Below are positions 35,275-43,571 of a stretch of 45,476 bases of DNA, piece after piece. Each line of letters begins with the position of its first letter. Within the stretch, counting starts at the first letter, position 1. The notes beneath the pieces are model-generated. The model was not told the DNA's origin. It ran no database searches and saw only the letters and a list, made by a program, of their open reading frames with translations. The stretch comes from Armatimonadota bacterium (GTDB lineage: Bacteria; Vulcanimicrobiota; Xenobia; RGZZ01), in assembly GCA_016868975.1 (NCBI GenBank), contig VGFD01000002.1:1-45476 (forward strand), read 5' to 3'. The position numbers and the translations under genes were made by a program.

Positions 35275-36138
35275 ATGTTGACCCGACGTCGATACTTCAA
35301 CGCGATCTGCGCGGTACTCTACGTCCTGCTTGGCCTCCCCGCGGCCGCGCAAGTGGACAAGCGCTCGGTCATTGAGGGCGGCAAGCGCGTCGGAACCTAC
35401 GAGCTTGGCAAGAAGTGGTCGGCCTATGAGAAGGTCCTCGGGACGCCCAGCAAGACGCAGCAGTCCGAGAACGCCGAGAACGCCCGTCTTGTGGTCTACA
35501 AGCAATACGGCATGGGCTTCTTCGTGAAGAAGGACCTGGTGAACGGCATGTACGTGGACAGTCCCCTCTTCGTGACGGTGGAGGGAGTGCGCGTGGGGAT
35601 GCCCAGCAGCGGCGTCGAGAAGGCCTACGGCGCGCCCGAGCGGGTGGACGACAGATACGTCCGCTATCCCGAGAAGGGCCTCGCGTTTTATTTCGACAAG
35701 GGAAAGGTGACCCACATTTACGTCTTCGACAGGGAAGAGCGCGATCTGGCCAGCGGAGATCGCCGCATCGTGCCCGGCTCGCGGGTCGGCGGAATTCAAT
35801 TAGGCACCAGCCTCGACTTCGTCCTCAAGCAGTGGAAGAACCCGACGCGCCGCGGTCCGCTGCCCTCCAAGAAGGGCGCCGAGCTGTGGTCCTACCAGCG
35901 GCACGGGGTGATCGTGGTGGCCTACGAGGGCCGCGTGGACGGCGTCTGGATATTCAACCCTGAATTCCGCACCGGTAAGGAGATTCACGTGGGCAGCGCG
36001 CGCAACGAGGTGGTTGCGGCCTACGGCAAGGCCGACCGCAAGGAAGAAGAAATGGAGATTTACAGCAAGCTTGGCCTGGGTTTCCTCTATAAGGAAAACG
36101 GCAAGGTTGGACAGATCATGGTCCTCGAAACGGAATAA
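35275..36138 (+). CDS. Exported hypothetical protein with internal duplication
   Basis: Signal MLTRRRYF...LPAAA. Repeated I.[EP]G.RVG...LG and G..VG.....V..AYG units. Confidence 0.7.
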   Translation: MLTRRRYFNAICAVLYVLLGLPAAAQVDKRSVIEGGKRVGTYELGKKWSAYEKVLGTPSKTQQSENAENARLVVYKQYGMGFFVKKDLVNGMYVDSPLFVTVEGVRVGMPSSGVEKAYGAPERVDDRYVRYPEKGLAFYFDKGKVTHIYVFDREERDLASGDRRIVPGSRVGGIQLGTSLDFVLKQWKNPTRRGPLPSKKGAELWSYQRHGVIVVAYEGRVDGVWIFNPEFRTGKEIHVGSARNEVVAAYGKADRKEEEMEIYSKLGLGFLYKENGKVGQIMVLETE

Positions 36139-36152
36139 CAGGAGGCTAGAAA

Positions 36153-37082
36153 ATGCGTCACAAGATTACCGTGGTGGGCGCCGGAAACGTTGGGGCGACC
36201 TGCGCGCAGCGGCTCGCCGAGCGAAATTACGCGGACGTCGTGCTGGTGGACATCGTCCCCAACATGCCGCAGGGCAAGGCCCTCGACATCATGCAGGCCG
36301 GCCCCATCTACGGCTACGACACGCTGGTGATTGGCACCAACGGCTACGAGGAGACCGCCGGCTCGGATGTCGTGGTCATCACCTCCGGCCTGCCCCGCAA
36401 GCCGGGCATGAGCCGGGACGACCTCCTGTTCGCCAACATGGACATCGTGAAGAGCGTCGTTCAGAATATCTCGAAAACCTCGCCGAACGCGGTCCTCATC
36501 GTGGTGACCAATCCGTTGGACGCGATGTCGCAGCTGGCCTGGCAGGTCAGCGGATTCCCCGCGGAGCGGGTCATGGGCATGGCCGGCGTGCTCGACACCG
36601 CGCGTTTCCGTACCTTCCTGGCGATGGAATTGAAGGTATCGGTCAGCGACGTGAGCGCGCACGTGCTTGGCGGGCACGGCGACACCATGGTGCCGGTGCC
36701 GGAATTGACCACCATCGGCGGCGTGCCGGTTTCGCACCTGCTCACCGACGAGCGCTTCGAAGAAATTGCTCAGCGCACCCGCGACGGCGGCGCGGAAATC
36801 GTCAAGCTGCTCAACACCAGCGCCTGGTACGCGCCTTCCGCCGCGGTGGTGGAAATGGTGGACGCAATCCTGCTCGACAAGAAGAAAGTGCTCCCGGTGT
36901 GCGCGCTGCTGCGCGGCCAGTACGGCATCAAGGACCTTTACGTCGGCGTGCCGGCCAAGCTCGGCCACAAGGGCGTCGAGGAGATCGTCGAAGTCAGGCT
37001 GACCGAGAAGCAGCGTGCCGAATTGCAGAAATCGGTCGACGCGGTCAAGGAAAACTGGGACAAGATGACCGCGAAGCTCTAA
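36153..37082 (+). CDS. mdh: LDH-like malate dehydrogenase
   Basis: [49 protein letters not shown]. Confidence 0.97.
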   Translation: MRHKITVVGAGNVGATCAQRLAERNYADVVLVDIVPNMPQGKALDIMQAGPIYGYDTLVIGTNGYEETAGSDVVVITSGLPRKPGMSRDDLLFANMDIVKSVVQNISKTSPNAVLIVVTNPLDAMSQLAWQVSGFPAERVMGMAGVLDTARFRTFLAMELKVSVSDVSAHVLGGHGDTMVPVPELTTIGGVPVSHLLTDERFEEIAQRTRDGGAEIVKLLNTSAWYAPSAAVVEMVDAILLDKKKVLPVCALLRGQYGIKDLYVGVPAKLGHKGVEEIVEVRLTEKQRAELQKSVDAVKENWDKMTAKL

Positions 37083-38105
37083 GTGACGCGCGTCCTTCTT
37101 CTGATCGCCCTGCTGGCCTGGCTGCCCGGATGCGGCGGAAATTCCGCTCCCTCCGCTTCCGGGACGCCGGCCGGCCTCTTGACCAACGGCGCGGATCCTA
37201 TTCTGGAGATCAAGAGTCCGTCCGGCAGCCGCACGGTCGCGCTGTCACAGTTGATCCGCGAGGTGCCGGTCAAGCGGGTGACGGTCAACGATCCGCTTTA
37301 CGGACGTGACAAGACCTACGATGGATTTTCCCTTGAGGACCTGGCGTCCTATTCCCAGAACCTGCGCGCCGAGAGCGTGATTTTCCACTGCCGAGATGGA
37401 TTTTCGCTGCGCATGCCTTTTGTCGCGGCGCGCAAGGCGGGTCTCGTGCTCACCTTCCACGATCTGGAAATGTCCGAGGGATTTCCCAGCAGCCTCGACA
37501 ATCCGATATTCGTCGAGCGGCGCAACAAGGCGGCTGCCTATCTGCAGGCGCACCATCTCGAGTACGAGCAGGCCAAGCACGGCCGCACGCCCGCCCAGAA
37601 ACGCATCGTGCAAGAATATGAGACGGCGCGCGGCGAGCGGGACCGCTGGGCGCGGCGCGTTGACGAGCTGAACCGCCTGGGGAATATCGGCCCGTTCCAC
37701 CCGGTGCTGCTGCGCGCTCTTGCCGTCAAGGACCTGGTGGACTGGGACGCACCGGACGCGGTGCGGGCCATCGAGTTCGAGCACGTGGTTCCCTCGGGAG
37801 GGCGTGATTATCCGGCCGGGGCGGCCGCCGACAGCCCGGTGATGACCGGCTACAAGCTGTTCCACGCCAAGTGCCTTTACTGCCATGCGATGAATGGGGG
37901 CGGCGGACGCAGCGGGCCGGAGCTGAACATTCCAGTGAACGTCACCGAGTACTTGAAAGAGGAGTACGTCATTGCGTTCATCCTGAACGCGCGCGCGGTG
38001 CGGGCCCGCTCCATGATGTCTGTCCAGCCGGAAATTACCCGCCAGGACGCGGAGCGCATCGTCGATTACCTCAAGTACATGAAGAACAACAAGCGCGTGT
38101 ATTAG
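37083..38105 (+). CDS. Lipoprotein with molybdopterin-oxidoreductase-like N-domain and C-terminal monoheme cytochrome c
   Basis: Lipobox LPGC; YDGFSL, FHCRDGF, GPF; CLYCH with distal Met (RSMM). Confidence 0.78.
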   Translation: MTRVLLLIALLAWLPGCGGNSAPSASGTPAGLLTNGADPILEIKSPSGSRTVALSQLIREVPVKRVTVNDPLYGRDKTYDGFSLEDLASYSQNLRAESVIFHCRDGFSLRMPFVAARKAGLVLTFHDLEMSEGFPSSLDNPIFVERRNKAAAYLQAHHLEYEQAKHGRTPAQKRIVQEYETARGERDRWARRVDELNRLGNIGPFHPVLLRALAVKDLVDWDAPDAVRAIEFEHVVPSGGRDYPAGAAADSPVMTGYKLFHAKCLYCHAMNGGGGRSGPELNIPVNVTEYLKEEYVIAFILNARAVRARSMMSVQPEITRQDAERIVDYLKYMKNNKRVY

Positions 38106-38281
38106 GACGCCCTTTTCCCTTCCAGTGCTTACGAATCCATAAACCCCGATGATTGCTGGGTTCAACGTGTAGCACATCGTGACTTCGTTGGAGGGTGCCC
38201 TTGCTGACGCGCCGGGCACCTATCACGGGCAGGGCGGTCTGCTGGACAGGACGCGGTTCGTGGGAGCCCGAACGTCCTCGC

Positions 38282-39721
38282 ATGCCGAAGTACGGATTTC
38301 TGATCGACAATCGCAAGTGTATCGGGTGCCACGCGTGCACCGTGGCGTGCAAGCAGGAGCACGAGGTGCCGCTGGGGCGTTTTCGCACGTGGGTGAAGTA
38401 CGTCGAGCAGGGCGCTTTCCCCGAGACCCGGCGGCACTTTTCGGTGATGCGCTGCAATCACTGCGAGCGGCCGCCCTGCGTTGCGATCTGCCCGGTGACC
38501 GCGCTGTACAAACGCGACGACGGCATCGTGGACTTCGATCCCGAGGTGTGCATCGGGTGCAAGGCCTGCATGCAGGCGTGCCCCTACGACGCGCTGTTTA
38601 TCGAGCCGTCCGGCGGGGCCGCCAATAAGTGCAATTTCTGCGCGCACCGCATCGAGTCTCGCCGCGAGCCCCCGTGCGTGACCGTCTGTCCGGAGCAGGC
38701 CATCGTGATGGGCGACCTGGAGGACCCCGAGTCGCTGATACGGCGCCTGATAGAAGCGCACCCGGTGACAGTGCGCGCGCCGGAAAAGGCCACACGGCCG
38801 CAATTGTATTACATTGACGGGACGCCGGCGTCGCTGGATCCGCTGGCCGCGCCGGAGCGCCAGGAATATCTCTGGAGCCAGTCCACCGCGTCGTCAGTGC
38901 CGCTCGCGTACACTGAGGAAGAATTGCAGGTGCTGGCGCGGCGAACGTACGATATCGGCCACGAGCGGCCCTGGGGCTGGAAGGTCGGTGCGTACTTGTG
39001 GACCAAGTCGATCGCCAGCGGGGCTTTTCTGGTGCCGATTCTACTCTGGATGGCGGGCGCGTGGCAGGTGCACGATGCGGTTCGGGGCGCCTGGATGGCA
39101 CTGGTATTTTTGGGAATCACCAACGTCCTGCTGGTGGCGGATTTGAAGCGGCCATGGAAATTCTTGTCGATTTTGCTGCGGCCGCAGCGAAAATCCTGGC
39201 TGGTCAAAGGCGCGTACGTCTTGATTGGCTACGGGGCCGTGCTTTCCGCCTTTGTTGTGACTCCGTTTTCGGAGGCGCGGATGCTGTTGCTGGCGCTCGG
39301 GCTGCCGCTTTCCATGATGACCGCCGCCTACACCGCATGGTTGTTCGAGCAGTGTGAGGCGCGCGATCTGTGGCACTCCCGGTGGCTGGCGCCGCATCTC
39401 GTGCTGCAGGCGGTGATCGCGGGCAGCGCATGTCTGGGAGTTGGCGCACTGCTGGGCGCCGCGCTCTTGTTGGAGATGCTCGTATTTCTGCCGCTCGAGC
39501 TGCGCGGCCACACTCGGGCTGGGAAGCAGGCGGCGGCCATCATCACCCGGGGCGCGCTGTCGATGTTTTTCTGGATGGGCGTGGTGTGCCTGGGGCATTT
39601 GCTGCCGCTGCTGTTGCTTGCCAGCGGATTCTCGCTAATGGCCGCAGTATTTGCGCTCGGCGGATTGCTGCTCTGGGAGCATCTGTACGTCGTAGCAGGA
39701 CAGGCGGTGCCTCTGAGTTGA
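38282..39721 (+). CDS. Fused NrfC/PsrB (4x 4Fe-4S) and NrfD/PsrC membrane anchor
   Basis: CIGCHACTVAC, CNHCERPPCVAICP, CIGCKACMQACP, CNFC...PCVTVCP, then WGWKV..Y and DL.RP TM region. Confidence 0.92.
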   Translation: MPKYGFLIDNRKCIGCHACTVACKQEHEVPLGRFRTWVKYVEQGAFPETRRHFSVMRCNHCERPPCVAICPVTALYKRDDGIVDFDPEVCIGCKACMQACPYDALFIEPSGGAANKCNFCAHRIESRREPPCVTVCPEQAIVMGDLEDPESLIRRLIEAHPVTVRAPEKATRPQLYYIDGTPASLDPLAAPERQEYLWSQSTASSVPLAYTEEELQVLARRTYDIGHERPWGWKVGAYLWTKSIASGAFLVPILLWMAGAWQVHDAVRGAWMALVFLGITNVLLVADLKRPWKFLSILLRPQRKSWLVKGAYVLIGYGAVLSAFVVTPFSEARMLLLALGLPLSMMTAAYTAWLFEQCEARDLWHSRWLAPHLVLQAVIAGSACLGVGALLGAALLLEMLVFLPLELRGHTRAGKQAAAIITRGALSMFFWMGVVCLGHLLPLLLLASGFSLMAAVFALGGLLLWEHLYVVAGQAVPLS

Positions 39722-42408
39722 GCGAGACGATTTTTGGATCGCGCGGGCCGCACGCGGCTGCTTCAGGGCCGGTGGCGTATCCTCCGCCGGAGACCTGGGA
39801 CGACTGGGTCGAGTACGACGCGAAAGCCTGGCCCCGAAAAAGGGAACGGCGCTACATGCTGGTTCCCACCATTTGTTTCAATTGCGAGGCGGCGTGCGGG
39901 CTGCTCGCCTTTGTAGACAAAGAAACGATGAAGATCCAGCGTCTGGAGGGAAATCCGCACCACCCCGGCAGCCGCGGACGCAACTGCGCCAAGGGTCCCG
40001 CCACCATGAGCCAGGTGAACGATCCGGAGCGCATCCTGTATCCTTTGAAGCGGGTGGGCCCGCGTGGCGGCGGCAAGTGGGAGCGCGTTTCATGGGACGC
40101 GGTGATGCGCGATCTGGCCGGCCGCTTGCGCAAGGCGTTGCAAGAAGATCGTCGCACCGAGGTGATGTACCACGTGGGGCGGCCCGGGCACGACGGCTAC
40201 ATGGATCGCGTGCTGCAGGCCTGGGGCGTGGACGGCCACAACAGCCACACGAATATCTGCTCGGCCTCCGCGCGCGTGGGATACATGCTGTGGAAAGGCT
40301 CCGATCGGCCGGCTCCGGATTATGCGAACGCGCGCTTTATTCTTCTGCTGTCGTCGCACCTGGAGGCCGGGCATTATTTCAATCCGCACGCGCAGCGCAT
40401 CATCGAGGCGAAGATGAGCGGCGCGAAAATTGCCACGGTCGACGTGCGCCTGTCCAACACCGCCTCGATGTCGGACTACTGGCTGCCCACCTGGCCGGGC
40501 AGCGAGGCCGCATTGCTGCTGGCCATGGCAAAGGTCCTGATGGACGAGGATCTGGTCGACTGGGCCTTCGTCGAGAAATGGGTCAACTGGCGCGAGTGGC
40601 TGGAAGCCGAATTTCCGGATGGGCCGGCGACGTTTGAGCGCTTTCAGCAGCGCCTGCGCGCGCAATATGCGGACTTCACGCTGGAGTATGCGGCGCGCGA
40701 GACGCGCATCGAGCCGTCGGTCATCGCGGAGGTGGCCCGCGAGATCGGTCGGGCCGGCTCGCGGTTCACCGCGCACGTGTGGCGCAACACGGCCAGTGGC
40801 AACCTGGGCGGATGGCAGGTGGCGCGCGCCCTGATGCTGCTTCACGTGTTGACCGGGAGCGTGGGCACCGAGGGCGGCCTGCTCCCCAACGAGTGGGCCA
40901 AGTTCGTGCCGAAGCCGTTCGTCAAGCCGCCGCCGCAGAAGGTGTGGAGCGAGATTTTATTTCCCGTCGAGTGGCCGCTGGCGCACTACGAGATGTCGTT
41001 TCTGTTGCCGCACTTGCTGCGCGAGCGGAACGAGCGTCTCGATCTGTATTTTACGCGCGTGTTCAATCCGGTGTGGACGTACCCGGACGGCTTCTCCTGG
41101 ATCGAGATGCTGCGCGATGAGTCCCGCGTGGGGTTGCACGCCGCGCTGACGCCGATCTGGAGCGAGACGGCGTGGTACGCGGACTACGTGCTTCCCACCG
41201 GCCTGGGCGCCGAGCGGCATGACTTGATGAGCCAGGAGACGCACGCATCCCAGTGGATTTCTTTCCGCCAGCCGGTGATGCGGCGCGCAATGGAGCGCAT
41301 GGGACGCACCGTGACGGACACGCGCGAGGCGAATCCCGGCGAGGTCTGGGAAGAGGACGAGTTCTGGATCGAGCTGTCCTGGCTGGCGGACCCCGACGGG
41401 AGCCTGGGCATTCGACAATATTTTGAGTCGCCGTACCGGCCCGGCGCGAAAGTCTCCGTGGAAGAATATTATCGGTGGATATTTGAGAACTCGGTGCCGG
41501 GACTTCCAGAAGCGGCCGCGAAGGAAGGGCTCGATCCTTACGGATACATGACGAAGTACGGCGCCTTCGAGGTGAGCCGCGACACGCACGGGCGGCACGA
41601 GGTGACCGGCCAGTTTCCCACCCCGTCGCGCAAGCTCGAGTTCTACTCGCCGACAATGAAGGAGTGGGGCTGGGAGGAAGAGTCGCTGCCCGGCTACGTG
41701 ATGAGCCACGTGCACCCGGATCGGCTGGGCGCGGGAGAATATTTGCTGGTGCCAACCTTCCGCCTGCCCACGCTGATCCACAGCCGCAGCGGAAATGCCA
41801 AGTGGCTGTACGAGATTTCCCACCGCAACCCGCTCTGGGTCCACCCGAGCGATGCCGAGCGACTGAGTCTGGACGAGGGCTCGCTGGTGCGGGTGACCAC
41901 GGAGATCGGATATTTCGTGACGCGCGCCTGGCCCACGGAGGGCATCCGCCCGGGCATCGTGGGCTGCTCGCATCACCTGGGCCGCTGGCGCCTGCAGGAT
42001 GACGTCGGCGGAGAACGCTGGAGCACCAGCCTGGTAAGCCTGGCGGAAGAGGCGCCGGGCAAGTGGCGCATGCGCCAGAAGGAAGGCATCAAGCCATTCG
42101 CCTCAGCCGATCCGGACTCCGAGCGAGTCTGGTGGACCGACGCGGGCGTGCATCAGAATATCACGTTTCCAGTGCAGCCGGACCCGGTGAGCGGCATGCA
42201 CTGCTGGCACCAGAAGGTCCGCGTCACCCGGGCCAGCGATGACGACCGCTACGGCGACGTGTTCGTGGACACGAACGAGGCCTACGAAGTGTACTTGCGC
42301 TGGAAGAAAATGACCCGCCCGGGTCCGGGCCCCGACGGCCTGCGCCGCCCGCTGTGGCTGAAACGCCCGGTCCGCCCGGAGGAGGCGGCGTTCTACGTGC
42401 CTCGTTGA
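39718..42408 (+). CDS. DMSO-reductase-family molybdopterin oxidoreductase catalytic subunit
   Basis: TTG overlaps the upstream TGA. FS0 CFNCEAAC...NCAKG, RILYPLKR, HTNICS, SETAWYADYVLP, C-terminal HP.DA. Confidence 0.92.
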   Translation: MSETIFGSRGPHAAASGPVAYPPPETWDDWVEYDAKAWPRKRERRYMLVPTICFNCEAACGLLAFVDKETMKIQRLEGNPHHPGSRGRNCAKGPATMSQVNDPERILYPLKRVGPRGGGKWERVSWDAVMRDLAGRLRKALQEDRRTEVMYHVGRPGHDGYMDRVLQAWGVDGHNSHTNICSASARVGYMLWKGSDRPAPDYANARFILLLSSHLEAGHYFNPHAQRIIEAKMSGAKIATVDVRLSNTASMSDYWLPTWPGSEAALLLAMAKVLMDEDLVDWAFVEKWVNWREWLEAEFPDGPATFERFQQRLRAQYADFTLEYAARETRIEPSVIAEVAREIGRAGSRFTAHVWRNTASGNLGGWQVARALMLLHVLTGSVGTEGGLLPNEWAKFVPKPFVKPPPQKVWSEILFPVEWPLAHYEMSFLLPHLLRERNERLDLYFTRVFNPVWTYPDGFSWIEMLRDESRVGLHAALTPIWSETAWYADYVLPTGLGAERHDLMSQETHASQWISFRQPVMRRAMERMGRTVTDTREANPGEVWEEDEFWIELSWLADPDGSLGIRQYFESPYRPGAKVSVEEYYRWIFENSVPGLPEAAAKEGLDPYGYMTKYGAFEVSRDTHGRHEVTGQFPTPSRKLEFYSPTMKEWGWEEESLPGYVMSHVHPDRLGAGEYLLVPTFRLPTLIHSRSGNAKWLYEISHRNPLWVHPSDAERLSLDEGSLVRVTTEIGYFVTRAWPTEGIRPGIVGCSHHLGRWRLQDDVGGERWSTSLVSLAEEAPGKWRMRQKEGIKPFASADPDSERVWWTDAGVHQNITFPVQPDPVSGMHCWHQKVRVTRASDDDRYGDVFVDTNEAYEVYLRWKKMTRPGPGPDGLRRPLWLKRPVRPEEAAFYVPR

Positions 42409-42428
42409 CGACCGGCCGACTCACGGCG

Positions 42429-42516
42429 TGAAGCCACCGGGTGGCTAAAGTCGGTCAAATGAAGCCACCGGGTGGCTAAATTCGCTCAAGTGAAGCCGAC
42501 TGCGGGCTAAACTCGC
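42429..42516. repeat. Three 31-bp-period REP-like palindromic repeats between convergent genes
   Basis: TGAAGCCACCGGGTGGCTAAA at 42429 and 42460, degenerate copy at 42491. The core AGCCACC-G-GGTGGCT is palindromic. Confidence 0.85.
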
Positions 42517-42531
42517 GTGCCCAGCGTCGGA

Positions 42532-43434
42532 TTACACCGACCCGCCCGCGGCGCTGCCCATCCTGGCGCCTACCTTCGCGCCCGCCGCGATCCCCAGGAA
42601 TGCGCCCGCCACCAGTCCCGCGGGCAGCGCGAACGGCATTGCCACCGCGGCTCCCAGGGTGCCGCCGCCCAGGGCCTTGCGAATCGAAGAGCCCACGAAC
42701 GACATCGGGCGCTCCACCGACTCCACGCGGGCCCGCGACTCCGGCCACTGCTCGCCCACGTGCGCGTTGTAGCGCTCCAATCCGCCGGTGCACGCGGCCA
42801 CGCCGATCGTGCCGCCAACGGTAAGCCCCGTCACAAGCCCGGCGGCGCCGCCCACTATCCCCCCGACCAGTCCGCCGAGCGCACGCAGGCCACCGCGCGC
42901 CAGACCCGGCTCGGCCGTCGGCGCGACAGGCTTGCGTACGCGCAGGCGCCACGTCGTCTCGCCAGACGTGCCTGAAGCCGTCGGCGCGGGGTCGCTCTGA
43001 ATCACGTGCAGGTCGCGCAGCAGATCCGCGCGCTCGTGCTGGATGTCGTGCAGGCGGTCCTGCGGTGCGGGGTTCCGTACCACCAGCGACATCTCCTCAT
43101 CCGCGAGGAACTTCAGGCGGCTCAGCACCTTCTCCGCATCCTCGCCGTCGCAGCGGATGCGCTGGTGGGCGACTTCCAGGGTCGCGCCGCGAAGCAGGCC
43201 CAGCAGCTCCTCGTGGTGGTGGTCGCGCACCTCGTGGTTGCAGCGCATCAGGCGCATGGCGCCCTCCACGGTGCCGCGCTGCAGCCCGAGATTTTCCACC
43301 GACTGGCGGGTGAATTCCGAACAGGAGGGCTCGAAAATGCACGCGGCATTGTTCCCCGCGTTGTAGTCGCGGGAAATGTGGCGCTGGTAGAAGCGGATTG
43401 CGCTGTCGCCGAGAGTGCGCCCGATGGATGCCAC
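42532..43434 (-). CDS. YidD-like domain fused to glycine-zipper hydrophobic helices
   Basis: GTG 43434 with RBS AAGGAGG. AIRFYQRHIS...CIFEPSCSEF...RLMRCN; C-terminal GGLVGGIVGGAAG and LPAGLVAGAFLG. Confidence 0.8.
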   Translation of the reverse strand: MASIGRTLGDSAIRFYQRHISRDYNAGNNAACIFEPSCSEFTRQSVENLGLQRGTVEGAMRLMRCNHEVRDHHHEELLGLLRGATLEVAHQRIRCDGEDAEKVLSRLKFLADEEMSLVVRNPAPQDRLHDIQHERADLLRDLHVIQSDPAPTASGTSGETTWRLRVRKPVAPTAEPGLARGGLRALGGLVGGIVGGAAGLVTGLTVGGTIGVAACTGGLERYNAHVGEQWPESRARVESVERPMSFVGSSIRKALGGGTLGAAVAMPFALPAGLVAGAFLGIAAGAKVGARMGSAAGGSV

Positions 43435-43459
43435 GGAGAGATCCCTCCTTTCCTCTCCC

Positions 43460-43505
43460 AGCATATCCCGAGTCGCGGCGCGACGGAATGCCCGTCATGT
43501 TAACA
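43460..43505 (-). promoter_or_regulatory. Promoter with -10 TATGCT and upstream TGTTAACA palindrome
   Basis: GGGATATGCTG and ATGTTAACA are both shared with the 5308-5363 promoter. Confidence 0.45.
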
Positions 43506-43513
43506 ACCGGCGT

Positions 43514-43545
43514 TTCATGAGTTTTCCAGGCCGATTCCCTACCAT
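43514..43545 (+). promoter_or_regulatory. Promoter TTCATG-N5-TCCAGG-N9-TACCAT
   Basis: Same spacing as the motifs at 11716-11685 and 30713-30744. Confidence 0.6.
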
Positions 43546-43571
43546 GGCCATGAGAAAGGATCTCGGCACAG

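Noticed and set aside
39370-39717. N-terminal extension (possible Tat leader) of the Mo enzyme
   Set aside because: It overlaps the NrfD coding frame and has no credible RR motif plus hydrophobic region.
42429-42516. CRISPR array
   Set aside because: Linkers are only 10 nt and mutually similar, there are three copies, and no cas genes are present.
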